IMG/VR virus record: IMGVR_UViG_3300011439_000016
Coordinates: 1 to 60,889 of that record
Length of the DNA: 60,889 nucleotides
Direction: 5' to 3' (one strand)
Source: a virus
Lineage: Duplodnaviria; Caudoviricetes
Shown in pieces: positions 37,378-45,662 of the stretch. The notes under the pieces are model-generated. The model worked only from the letters and a program-made list of their open reading frames with translations. It did no database searches and was not told the DNA's origin. The position numbers and the translations under genes are program-made. Every line of letters starts with the position of its first letter. Within the stretch, counting starts at the first letter, position 1.

Positions 37378-37422
37378 TGGCCTACAGAATTTTTGCATAG
37401 CGGTCAAGTATTTTTTGGCCTA
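37378..37422 (-). promoter_or_regulatory. Leftward early promoter (TTGACC) flanked by two TAGGCCAAAAA sites
   Basis: tggccta at 37378 and 37416; ggtcaa at 37402. Confidence 0.55.
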
Positions 37423-37476
37423 TTCTATAGGAAGACATTCCACCAGTCTTTTCAATGGGTTAGCGGTGGCCGGTTT

Positions 37477-37725
37477 TCACTAGCTCAAAATCCGACAATC
37501 CGGCAGGCAATGACGCAAAAACAGAATCAAAAAAAAATACTGTCGGAAAAGAACAAATCAGTAGCTCACTATCAAGAAAACAATAATAATATCATATACT
37601 TAGTAAATATATATATTCTAAATCTCTTTTCGAGCTTGTGCAGTTTTACCGGCTTTTGAGATTGCAAAAGAGCTTGTGCAGTTTTTGATTGATCGGTGCC
37701 GGATAGCCGGATTTTGAGCTAGTGA
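37477..37725. other. Putative replication origin / terminus-associated element
   Basis: 29-bp inverted repeat (27/29) enclosing AT-rich core and two 16-bp direct repeats. Confidence 0.5.
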
Positions 37726-38315
37726 CCAGCCGAATCGGCCTAACTCATTGGAATCGTTAGAGTCGGTTGAAATCTCATTATCCAAACGCAAGCCAGACAA
37801 TCGATTTAGTGGAATCCAAGGAATCGGCTCCTATCGGCCTTTTGGCCCTGGACCTGGACCGGCCAAGCTTCCCATATGCTTCCCAATGTGGCCAAGCCAA
37901 TGGAATGATATTGATATCATTAGAGAATATGCTTTAGACCCTCTGTTTACTAGACAGAGGGTCCAGCCATTAACCATAGAAGGAGGCCCCCCTCCCCCCC
38001 TCCGGGGGGGAGGCTGGACAGGCCGGGGGCCTGGTCGTCAACACTTGCATGGACCCACAAATATGCATGACTAGCTTTTGGAAATACAACCCTAGATTTT
38101 ATTTCCATACGCCATAAATACCGCGGGTATTTATTTAAAGGCCGCAGCGATTAATTAAATTCTTTGTTTCGCCACAATAATTAACACCCCCGGACTTTCC
38201 TCTTCGCGGGCGGCGCCGCACGCTGTGCCGGCACCGCGCGCCGCCGTGCGCGCCCCCGTCCACACCCGCATGTTACGCTAATTGACACCCCAGGCACCGC
38301 GGGCCACATACCGGG

Positions 38316-38385
38316 GGTTCGAGTCCATTACTCCTGACGGCCGGCCGCAACGCCCCCCAGCTTCGATGGCCGGCCGTCTTCTTTT
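38316..38385 (+). ncRNA. Candidate small RNA (about 70 nt)
   Basis: TTGACA at 38282; 11-bp perfect stem 38336-46/38368-78 followed by ttctttt; 5' end complementary to early RBSs. Confidence 0.4.
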
Positions 38386-38420
38386 GCCAAACCCTTTGAA
38401 CTGCTGTACTTCTGGCAGCC

Positions 38421-38927
38421 GTGGCAGGCCCTCTACCCCTTGAGACGGTAGCCGTCCGCCTTGCGGATGAAGGGGTACCCTTGCGGGCGATCGCGCGCGC
38501 CACCGGCACGCCGTCGGACGCTTTGCGCGAGCGCCTTACAGAGGCGAAAACCAACGGGATCCTGGTCGATCTGCCCAAGGAGGACTGGCCCCCCGGCTTC
38601 CCCAGGGACCAGCGCGCGCTGCAGCTCTCGAGAATGGTCGCCGACGACAAGGCGGCGGTCGAGCTGGCGCTCCAGCAGGTGTTCCACCTGACCTCGACCG
38701 AAGTCGGGCTGATGCTGCTGTTGATGGCCAACCCGTCGGTTCCGAAGGAGCGCATCAACATGGTGCACCGGACCATCGATGTGCACATCTGCAACATCCG
38801 GCGCCGCTTGGCGCCGTTCGACGTTTCGGTGGGGACGTTGTGGGGCTACGGCTACCAGTTGACCGCGGCGGCGCGGCAGAAGATCATGGAGCTGATCCTG
38901 GCTCATGCCGCAGAACGCCATGCCTAG
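38421..38927 (+). CDS. OmpR/PhoB-type winged-helix regulator, CtrA-like DNA-binding domain, no receiver domain
   Basis: HLTSTE...TIDVHICNIRRRL...TLWGYGYQL; N-terminal HTH-like segment. Confidence 0.8.
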   Translation: MAGPLPLETVAVRLADEGVPLRAIARATGTPSDALRERLTEAKTNGILVDLPKEDWPPGFPRDQRALQLSRMVADDKAAVELALQQVFHLTSTEVGLMLLLMANPSVPKERINMVHRTIDVHICNIRRRLAPFDVSVGTLWGYGYQLTAAARQKIMELILAHAAERHA

Positions 38928-39036
38928 TCCAGACCCGCCTAAATCGATCAAGCAGCAGGCCGAAGCGTGGTGGGACCGGCCGTTCATCGTCGACCCGCTG
39001 AAGCCGGCGCGCTGGCGGATCGGCTGGGCCGACGAG

Positions 39037-39444
39037 CTAGAGTACGATCGGTATCCGGTCGTTCTTGACCAGGATGACGGTCGTCCATTTGGCGCCCAAA
39101 CGGCCGTCTAGGCCGGCCTGCGCCACCTTCTTGATGTCCGAGAAGTAGGGTTCCTCGCGCCAGCGCAGCGGATAGTCCGGGTCGACCACGAACAATACGA
39201 AGGTATGGTCGGCTTCGATCTTGGTATCGACGATGATCCTGGCGGTCTTCGGATACCAGTAGTCCAGGAACCGCTCGTCCTTCAGCCATTGGCAGTTGAA
39301 GTCGCGGCAGCGGCCGGGGCGGGTTTCGTAGATCTTGCACCCCGTGCCGGGGGTACAATGAGGACACCACTTGTAGTCTTCCTTGACCTCGGGAACGCCC
39401 ATTACCCGGCAGCAGAGCGTGCAGCTTCCACATTCTCGAGGCAT
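39037..39444 (-). CDS. YkgJ-like CxxCxxCC metal-cluster protein
   Basis: CGSCTLCC...CPHC...CKIYETRPGRCRDFNCQW. Confidence 0.8.
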   Translation of the reverse strand: MPRECGSCTLCCRVMGVPEVKEDYKWCPHCTPGTGCKIYETRPGRCRDFNCQWLKDERFLDYWYPKTARIIVDTKIEADHTFVLFVVDPDYPLRWREEPYFSDIKKVAQAGLDGRLGAKWTTVILVKNDRIPIVL

Positions 39445-39602
39445 GAGTGCCTGGGTAGCATGTCCGGCAGGCCTTGGCAGCCGAACATGGTCATCACCGG
39501 AAAGCCGTCGTCGGCCAGTTTTCGGACGTGCGGACAGTTCGCGGCGTGCATCATGTGGCTGCCGTCGCGCTCTTCGGCCATCGCCAGGTCGTAAAGTTTC
39601 AT
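39402..39602 (-). CDS. Hypothetical protein
   Basis: ORF track; HAANCPH, HSC. Confidence 0.55.
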   Translation of the reverse strand: MKLYDLAMAEERDGSHMMHAANCPHVRKLADDGFPVMTMFGCQGLPDMLPRHSCLENVEAARSAAG

Positions 39603-39607
39603 GTGAA

Positions 39608-39668
39608 AGGCCGGAAATTAGACCGGCTAAGGCCGGAAACTAAATTTAGGCCGGAAACTAAGTTTCCG
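39608..39668. repeat. Three AGGCCGGAAAYTA repeats plus palindrome
   Basis: Copies at 39608, 39630, 39648; cggaaact-a-agtttccg. Confidence 0.85.
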
Positions 39669-39672
39669 ACCG

Positions 39673-39921
39673 TCACTTGACCGTGGTCGCGGCCTTCACG
39701 GCCCACATCGCCGCCTCTTCGTAGGCGGTCATAGCGAGCCGGCACAGCCGGGTCTGCTCGCCGGCCGACGGGTAGGCGGCGTCGGCCTTCTCGAGTTCTT
39801 GACATAGATCAATCAGGTCGGCGGTGAACCGCTTGATCTTGTCGACCATGTTGGACTCGGAAGGGTTGAAGCTCTCTCGGACCCGGAAGGCTCCGAGGCT
39901 GCGGCCGTCTGGCGTGCTCAT
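39673..39921 (-). CDS. Acb2/Tad1-like helical-hairpin protein (putative sponge)
   Basis: LG..RV..SFNPS....VDKIK...ADLID...LAMTAYEEAAMWAVKAAT. Confidence 0.65.
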   Translation of the reverse strand: MSTPDGRSLGAFRVRESFNPSESNMVDKIKRFTADLIDLCQELEKADAAYPSAGEQTRLCRLAMTAYEEAAMWAVKAATTVK

Positions 39922-40148
39922 GCGACTATAATCCCCCAGTCGTCGGACAACAGGTCGGTCTGGCTGGCGAGCCACGGCACCAGGTTGTCGTCGGCTGTTT
40001 TCATGAAAATGTAGGGCAGCGTCATCTTGGAGTTGTCGTCCGGGCTTTGCAGCTCGAGCCACATCCCTTTGCCGTTCCAGCCGGCGCGCGCGACCCGGTG
40101 TCCAAGCTTCAGCTCTGTCAGGGCTTCGCCAAAATCCATCCTGTCCAT
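39918..40148 (-). CDS. DUF2829 / Tad2-like anti-Thoeris sponge protein
   Basis: MDFGEAL..LK.G.RVARAGWNGKGMW...PYI.MKT...VPWLASQTDLLSDDW. Confidence 0.88.
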   Translation of the reverse strand: MDRMDFGEALTELKLGHRVARAGWNGKGMWLELQSPDDNSKMTLPYIFMKTADDNLVPWLASQTDLLSDDWGIIVA

Positions 40149-41605
40149 CAGGTCCATCCCGCTGCGGTGACCTGGCTCGAGACCGCCCTCCGTGGCCTCG
40201 GCGTCAACCGGCGGGCGAATTCTGTCATCAGTCCGCCGTGCACCACAAGCGCGACGTACTGCAGGCAGTCGGCAACATGTGAAAAACCCTCTTTATCGAA
40301 CTTCTCCGGGATGGCGCGCAGCCCGCCGTCCTTGTGCTTTTTGTAACGGTAGCCGCCCGACATTGCCCTGGTTAGCCACGGGCAATGGGTGCCGTTGATG
40401 ATCAGGGTCGGCCCTCCGTTGGTTTGCCGGCCCAGTAAGGCCTCGACCGCGCGCAGCCGCGGCGGGATGTCGTTGGTCGGCGCCGGGAAAGCGGGAAATC
40501 CTTTGCGCCGCAGGGCTTCGAAGCAGGTTTCCTCGGCGATGCTGCCCTTGTTGATGCCGGAGGGGTCGCCGACCAGGATCACCTTGGAGCCGATGAACTT
40601 GTTGGACAGCAGCGCCGGCCGTAGGTTCTCATCGATGTGCTTCTCCAGGCCCATGTTGGTGGCGGCGACCTCCTGATGGATGATCAGACGCCCCATGTGG
40701 TCGACCTGGGCGATGAGGGACCATGGGTTCCGGCCGAAATCCTGGCCGACAATGAGTGGATAGCCAGGAATCACAAGGGTTTCCGGGACCACATGGAAGC
40801 TTGGCTTAAACGTCGACTTGAAAACGGCCTCCCCGGAGGGATCGTCGCCGTACTGGGCATAGACGTAGCGTTTCACCCAGGGGTGATCGGACCCGTACAT
40901 CTGAAGGAACTGCTCATAGTACTTGCGTCCCTGCGCGACCCGGAGTGGATGGTTGAAGGTCAGGCCCTTGGTCTGTTCGGTCTGGAGAAGATAGTTGAGG
41001 TTTTCGGCCTGGGGGGACATGCCGGAGGGCTGGATGAAGACCTGCCAGTTGGGCGGGGGTTCGGTCATGAACTTGTGCCAGTCGCTGAGTTCGACTGGCA
41101 TGTTGGTGTCCGCGATGATCCCATACCAACTCGGCACACCCTGGTTGGCGGACGGATAACGGCCGATACGACCGCTGACCGGAGCCAGCACGTCAAAATT
41201 CATCTCAATGGCTTCCGAAAGCCAGGCGCCGGTCAGCTGCATGGAGAGCAACCGGGCTTGATCTTCCGCGTTCTCGAGGGGGATGAAGACGAGTTCTGAT
41301 TTGACGTCCGCGAATTCGAGGTAGTAGCAGTTTTCCGAGATCACCCAGCGCCCCAGCCCCGCGAACCATGCCTGAGCGTCCTTCAGAACGGTATCTTTCA
41401 GCTGCTTCAAGGTCTGCCGGACGATCGCCCACCTGGTGTATCGATATCCGTCAGGTGCTTTCGCCTGCGCCATCGAGCGGCGCAGGATCTCGATCAGGCA
41501 AGCTGTGGTTTTCCCTGATCCGACCGGGCCGGCGGCAACGCGGCCGAAGGCCTCGCTTTTCATGAACGAGGCCAACGTCGGCGGTGCGTCGAAAATGACG
41601 GGCAT
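40148..41605 (-). CDS. terL: Terminase large subunit
   Basis: GPVGSGKT Walker A, WLSE Walker B, DTN motif, GQDFG nuclease, SHVADCLQY. Confidence 0.93.
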   Translation of the reverse strand: MPVIFDAPPTLASFMKSEAFGRVAAGPVGSGKTTACLIEILRRSMAQAKAPDGYRYTRWAIVRQTLKQLKDTVLKDAQAWFAGLGRWVISENCYYLEFADVKSELVFIPLENAEDQARLLSMQLTGAWLSEAIEMNFDVLAPVSGRIGRYPSANQGVPSWYGIIADTNMPVELSDWHKFMTEPPPNWQVFIQPSGMSPQAENLNYLLQTEQTKGLTFNHPLRVAQGRKYYEQFLQMYGSDHPWVKRYVYAQYGDDPSGEAVFKSTFKPSFHVVPETLVIPGYPLIVGQDFGRNPWSLIAQVDHMGRLIIHQEVAATNMGLEKHIDENLRPALLSNKFIGSKVILVGDPSGINKGSIAEETCFEALRRKGFPAFPAPTNDIPPRLRAVEALLGRQTNGGPTLIINGTHCPWLTRAMSGGYRYKKHKDGGLRAIPEKFDKEGFSHVADCLQYVALVVHGGLMTEFARRLTPRPRRAVSSQVTAAGWT

Positions 41606-41923
41606 TTAGGTCCAGCCCGGATTCTTCCAGCTGACCACTTCGGTGCGCAGGGCGAGCGGCGATTCACACGCCAGTTCGACCACCCGGTGGTCCAGCACAT
41701 GGTCGTCCAGGTCGAGCGGGCCTCCGGTGTGCGAGCACATGCCCCACGCCGCGAAGCAGTGATCGCAGCGCGGCGGTCCCAGCACGCGGGTGCGCACCTG
41801 GACGATGACGTTCTCCGGCACCAGCAGCGGCTGGATTGGCATCAGCGAGGACGCGCGCACGATCGCGGGCGCCGCGAACGCGGCGATCAAGCCTCCGAGA
41901 AATGAGCGTCGAATTAGGTGCAT
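41606..41923 (-). CDS. Small protein with twin-arginine-like N-terminus
   Basis: IRRSFLGGLIAAFAAPAIVRASSLMP; CDHC. Confidence 0.6.
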   Translation of the reverse strand: MHLIRRSFLGGLIAAFAAPAIVRASSLMPIQPLLVPENVIVQVRTRVLGPPRCDHCFAAWGMCSHTGGPLDLDDHVLDHRVVELACESPLALRTEVVSWKNPGWT

Positions 41924-42166
41924 CTATTCCTCCTCTGGCTCGTGGTACTCGTCGGATCGTTTCTTAGCAGCTTCCACCGCCTCATCCACAGTCGAATAAC
42001 TGGGCGTTTCGGGTAGCTGCTCCCCAGCTTTGGGAGTTTTTTTGCCGTAGACATTGATCCACTCCCCCTTCTCGTTCTGGATCGTCTCAGACTGCTCGTG
42101 GTGCGCGACCAGCGAACCGAACTGGCGGTCGCTCTTGGCGTAGTCGCGGGTGTCGGAGCGCGCCAT
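41924..42166 (-). CDS. Hypothetical protein
   Basis: ORF in terminase operon. Confidence 0.65.
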   Translation of the reverse strand: MARSDTRDYAKSDRQFGSLVAHHEQSETIQNEKGEWINVYGKKTPKAGEQLPETPSYSTVDEAVEAAKKRSDEYHEPEEE

Positions 42167-42169
42167 AAA

Positions 42170-42673
42170 TCACCCAGGCGGCGTGGTTGATTTATGGGTG
42201 ATTTGCGCGAGGTTGACGTCGTTTGCGTCGGGCGCCACCGACTTGTCGAAGTGCTCGATCACCGGTTTGCCGTCGACATCGGCGCCCAGGTTGATGGTGA
42301 TCACAAACCGTTCGGACGCCGACTGCGGGTTGGCCTTGGTGTCCCCGATGCCGGCGACCTTGGCCATGAACTTGGCGCTCTCAATCACCTCGGCGAGCGG
42401 CGTGGTGGCGTCGAGCGCACGGCGCGCGACCACCGGCATGATCACCTCGATGCCGGCGGCGCCCTGCAGGCGGATCCGGTCCTGGGTCGAGGTGGTGGCG
42501 TTCCACTCCAGCGTGAAGTGATCCTTGATCCGTTTGTAGGTCTCGTTCTTGGCGATCTCGTAGTAGTCCTCCTCGTCGATGCCGAAGTCGGCGAAGATCA
42601 GTTTGTAGTTGCGGATGCCCATGACCATCTCGCGCGCGAGGGCGGCCATCTCGTTTTCGGTGAGGTCTGCCAT
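42170..42673 (-). CDS. Putative terminase small subunit
   Basis: First gene of terL operon; helical; C-terminal RFVITINLG strand. Confidence 0.65.
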   Translation of the reverse strand: MADLTENEMAALAREMVMGIRNYKLIFADFGIDEEDYYEIAKNETYKRIKDHFTLEWNATTSTQDRIRLQGAAGIEVIMPVVARRALDATTPLAEVIESAKFMAKVAGIGDTKANPQSASERFVITINLGADVDGKPVIEHFDKSVAPDANDVNLAQITHKSTTPPG

Positions 42674-42696
42674 TCGGTCACCGTACTCCCGATAGC

Positions 42697-42711
42697 TTAA
42701 CGATTCCTTAA
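42697..42711. promoter_or_regulatory. CtrA-type box TTAA-N7-TTAA centred between divergent terS and portal
   Basis: ttaa cgattcc ttaa; 24 nt from each box edge to each ATG. Confidence 0.75.
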
Positions 42712-42734
42712 GAAATTTACCCTTTGATGGGTGA

Positions 42735-45044
42735 ATGGCACTCGGCGAAGCAAACGTCCTGCAAGTGGTCCCGCCTGCGGCGCTGGAAGCGCATCTGCAG
42801 GAGCAGGAGGCGGCGAGATCCGCGGCTGCGGCGCCGCAGGACAACGCGCCGCCGGTGCCTGAGCTGGTCGGCTACATTCGCGGCCAGTTCGAGATCATGC
42901 GCAACCATCGCAACACCGCCTCCGGGTGGTCGGGCCGGCTGATCGAGGCGTTGCGCGTTTTCAACGGCCAGTATTCCCCCGACAAGATGCGAGAGGTGAC
43001 CAAATTTGGCGGTTCGCAGATTTATGCGCGTCTTACAGCGCAGAAGTGCCGCGCTGCTTCTTCGCTATTACGGGATGTCTACCTTGGCGGCGACCGTCCC
43101 TGGGCGATCCGTCCGCCGGCCGACCCGGACATCCCGGACGAAATCCTTCAGAAAATCGACGCGCTGATCAAGAACGAAGCGCAGATGGTGGCGCAGACCA
43201 CCGGCCAGCATCCCCCCGAAGACGCCACGCTGAAGCGCAAGATCGCGCTGCTCGAGTCCGCATTCGAGGCTGCCAAGAAGAAAGCCGCCAAGCAGGCCAA
43301 GCTTGCGGAGGATCGCATCGAGGAGATCCTGCGTGGCGGGATGTACTATCACGCGCTAGCGGAGTTCATCGTCGACCTGCCGATCTTCCCGTTTGCCTGC
43401 CTCAAGGGGCCGATGGTCAAGATCATGCCCGAGGTGGTATGGCCGCCGGGAGGCGGGCAGCCGACGGTCCAGCAGATCCCGAAGATGATCTGGGGCCGCA
43501 TATCGCCGTTCGACGTCTGGTGGACGCCCGGTGTCGCCGACATAGCGAATGCAAATGTGATCGAGAAGTCCCGCCTTACACGGGCAGAGTTGAACGACCT
43601 GCTCGATCTCCCCGGCTTCAATCAGGACGAGGTACGGAAAGTACTCGAGGAATATGGTCGGGGTGGGCTGTACGACAACTGGGATACGACCGACGCTGAG
43701 AGAGCGGTGCTCGAGAGTCGCGAAAACCCGGCCTGGAACCGATCCGGGTTGATCTCCCAGATGGAGTTTCATGGCAATGTACAGGGAGCAGTGCTGCAAG
43801 AATACGGAATGCCTGGAGTCTCTGATCCACTGAGGGACTACCATATCGACGCCTATTGCATCGGCTCTCATTGCATCAAAGCCAGCCTATCTCCGTCACC
43901 CCGCGCACGGCACAACTATTTCATTACAAGTTTCGAAAAGGTACCGGGCACGCCGATCGGCAACGGCCTGTCCGACATGATCAGCGATCTGCAGGACGTC
44001 GCCAACGCCACGCTGCGTTCTCTCGTCAACAACATTTCAATTTCCAGTGGTCCGCAGGTCGTGGTCAACGACGATCGCTGCCGCCCGGAGGAGAACACCG
44101 ACGAGCTGTTCCCGTGGAAACGCTGGCACGTCACCAACGATCCGGTCGGCAACAATTCCAAGCCGCCGGTCGAGTTCTTTCAGCCGCAGAGCAACGCCAA
44201 CGACTTGCTGACGGTTTTCAAGGCGTTCGTCGATCTCAGCGACGACGTGTCGGCGATCCCGAAGTACATCGGCGGTCAGGCGTCGGGCGGCGCCGGCCGC
44301 ACCTCGTCCGGCCTCGCCATGCTGATGGCCAACGCGAGTAAGATCTTGCAAACAGTGGCCTCCAACATCGATCGCGATGTGGTCGACGTGTCGCTGATCC
44401 AGCTGTCCGATCTGGTGATGCTCACCGATACGACAGGGATACTGACGGGTACGGAGGATATTTACGTTCAGGGCGTCAACGTCGCGGTGCAGCGCGAGAC
44501 GCAGCGCCAGCGTCAGCTCGAGTTCCTGCAGCACACCGCCAACCCAATCGACATGGACATCATGGGCATCACCGGTCGTGGCACCGTGCTGCGTTCTGTG
44601 TCGCAAACGATTGGTCTGGACGGCGACAAGGTGGTGCCATCCGACGAAGAGCTGATGAAGAAGCAGGAAGCCAAGGAGAAGGGCAAACAGAACCAGGACA
44701 TCAGCGAGCAGGTCGACAAAGGTATTCAGGAGGGCGTCAATCAAGGCGTGCAGAGAATTACCGCCGAACTCACCTCCGGTTTCCTCGCGTCGAAGGCCAA
44801 GATGCCTGGCGACGAAGGGCCGGTTGGCGACGGGCCAGATCCTGCAGGGCCTCCGGGTCAGCCAGGAACACCGCCCGGTGGGCCGCCGCCTGGTGGAAAT
44901 GTTGAGCAGTTCCGGCGCATGCAGGGCGCACAGCCTTCGCGCATGAACAATCAGCAGACGCAACCGGTGGATATGACCGGCAATCAGCCAAGGCCGCCTG
45001 GTCCCGGTGGGCGTCCACGTCCCATCATCGGCGGACCGGGCTAG
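42735..45044 (+). CDS. Portal protein
   Basis: 769 aa; size, position next to terminase, DLQDVANATLRSLVNN and RTSSGLAMLM podoviral portal-like motifs. Confidence 0.88.
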   Translation: MALGEANVLQVVPPAALEAHLQEQEAARSAAAAPQDNAPPVPELVGYIRGQFEIMRNHRNTASGWSGRLIEALRVFNGQYSPDKMREVTKFGGSQIYARLTAQKCRAASSLLRDVYLGGDRPWAIRPPADPDIPDEILQKIDALIKNEAQMVAQTTGQHPPEDATLKRKIALLESAFEAAKKKAAKQAKLAEDRIEEILRGGMYYHALAEFIVDLPIFPFACLKGPMVKIMPEVVWPPGGGQPTVQQIPKMIWGRISPFDVWWTPGVADIANANVIEKSRLTRAELNDLLDLPGFNQDEVRKVLEEYGRGGLYDNWDTTDAERAVLESRENPAWNRSGLISQMEFHGNVQGAVLQEYGMPGVSDPLRDYHIDAYCIGSHCIKASLSPSPRARHNYFITSFEKVPGTPIGNGLSDMISDLQDVANATLRSLVNNISISSGPQVVVNDDRCRPEENTDELFPWKRWHVTNDPVGNNSKPPVEFFQPQSNANDLLTVFKAFVDLSDDVSAIPKYIGGQASGGAGRTSSGLAMLMANASKILQTVASNIDRDVVDVSLIQLSDLVMLTDTTGILTGTEDIYVQGVNVAVQRETQRQRQLEFLQHTANPIDMDIMGITGRGTVLRSVSQTIGLDGDKVVPSDEELMKKQEAKEKGKQNQDISEQVDKGIQEGVNQGVQRITAELTSGFLASKAKMPGDEGPVGDGPDPAGPPGQPGTPPGGPPPGGNVEQFRRMQGAQPSRMNNQQTQPVDMTGNQPRPPGPGGRPRPIIGGPG

Positions 45045-45053
45045 GAGAGCGCG

Positions 45054-45245
45054 ATGCCAACCTTTTACGTTCGATATCGCAAGAAAGGTCCGACCGGGGT
45101 TTTCAGCGTGATCGCTGCGAACGTCGATGTTGCCAAATCGATGGTAAGAAAATCGGCCGCGGCCGGCGAGGAATTCGATATCCTGGACGCCAACACCGCC
45201 GGTTACGAAATCGCCAGCACGACCGGACCCACCGGAACAGGGTAA
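45054..45245 (+). CDS. Small paralog A (MPTFYVRYRKKGP...)
   Basis: RBS GGAG; homologous to next two. Confidence 0.7.
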   Translation: MPTFYVRYRKKGPTGVFSVIAANVDVAKSMVRKSAAAGEEFDILDANTAGYEIASTTGPTGTG

Positions 45246-45261
45246 CCCAAGGAGAAGACCA

Positions 45262-45462
45262 ATGGCTTCGTTCTACGTTACCGCGCGCAAGACCTCGCCG
45301 ATCACGCCTGTCACCGTCGAGGCCGAGAGCCGCGAGCTGGCGATCCAGCAAGTTCTGGACACCAAAGGTGAGGGCGAGGAAATCGAAGTCCTGCAGTGCA
45401 CCGAAGTGCTAGCAGAGCCGCCCACGGCTCCGGTCACTGCTTCCAAAGCCGAGAAAAAGTAA
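45262..45462 (+). CDS. Small paralog B (MASFYVTARKTSP...)
   Basis: RBS AAGGAG. Confidence 0.75.
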   Translation: MASFYVTARKTSPITPVTVEAESRELAIQQVLDTKGEGEEIEVLQCTEVLAEPPTAPVTASKAEKK

Positions 45463-45473
45463 GGAACAGGCCA

Positions 45474-45662
45474 ATGCCGGTATTTCGAGTAAAGTCCCGC
45501 AAGATCGGGCCGGTTACGCTTGGCGATGTCGAGGCCGACTCGCGCGAGCACGCCATCAACCTGGCGCTCGAGCGTGCCGGCGAGGGTGAGTCGATCGAAG
45601 TGCTGGACGCCCAGCAGCTGACGCCTGACATGGTCGATGTCGGTGAAACCAGGAAAAAATGA
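45474..45662 (+). CDS. Small paralog C (MPVFRVKSRKIGP...)
   Basis: RBS AAGGA; VEADSRE.AI...GEGE.IEVL shared. Confidence 0.75.
   Translation: MPVFRVKSRKIGPVTLGDVEADSREHAINLALERAGEGESIEVLDAQQLTPDMVDVGETRKK

Noticed and set aside
37393-38074. ORF-track ORFs in the AT-rich region
   Set aside because: Atypical composition, no RBS, overlapping repeat structures; treated as non-coding
38290-38340. tRNA-like GGTTCGAGTCC (T-loop lookalike); similar strings at 36440 and 37343
   Set aside because: No T-stem, acceptor stem or anticodon arm. The other copies are reverse-complemented RBSs of early genes.
25380-38927. Lysogeny module (integrase/CI-type repressor)
   Set aside because: No recombinase, parA or peptidase-fused repressor recognised; lifestyle cannot be settled because the window may be incomplete
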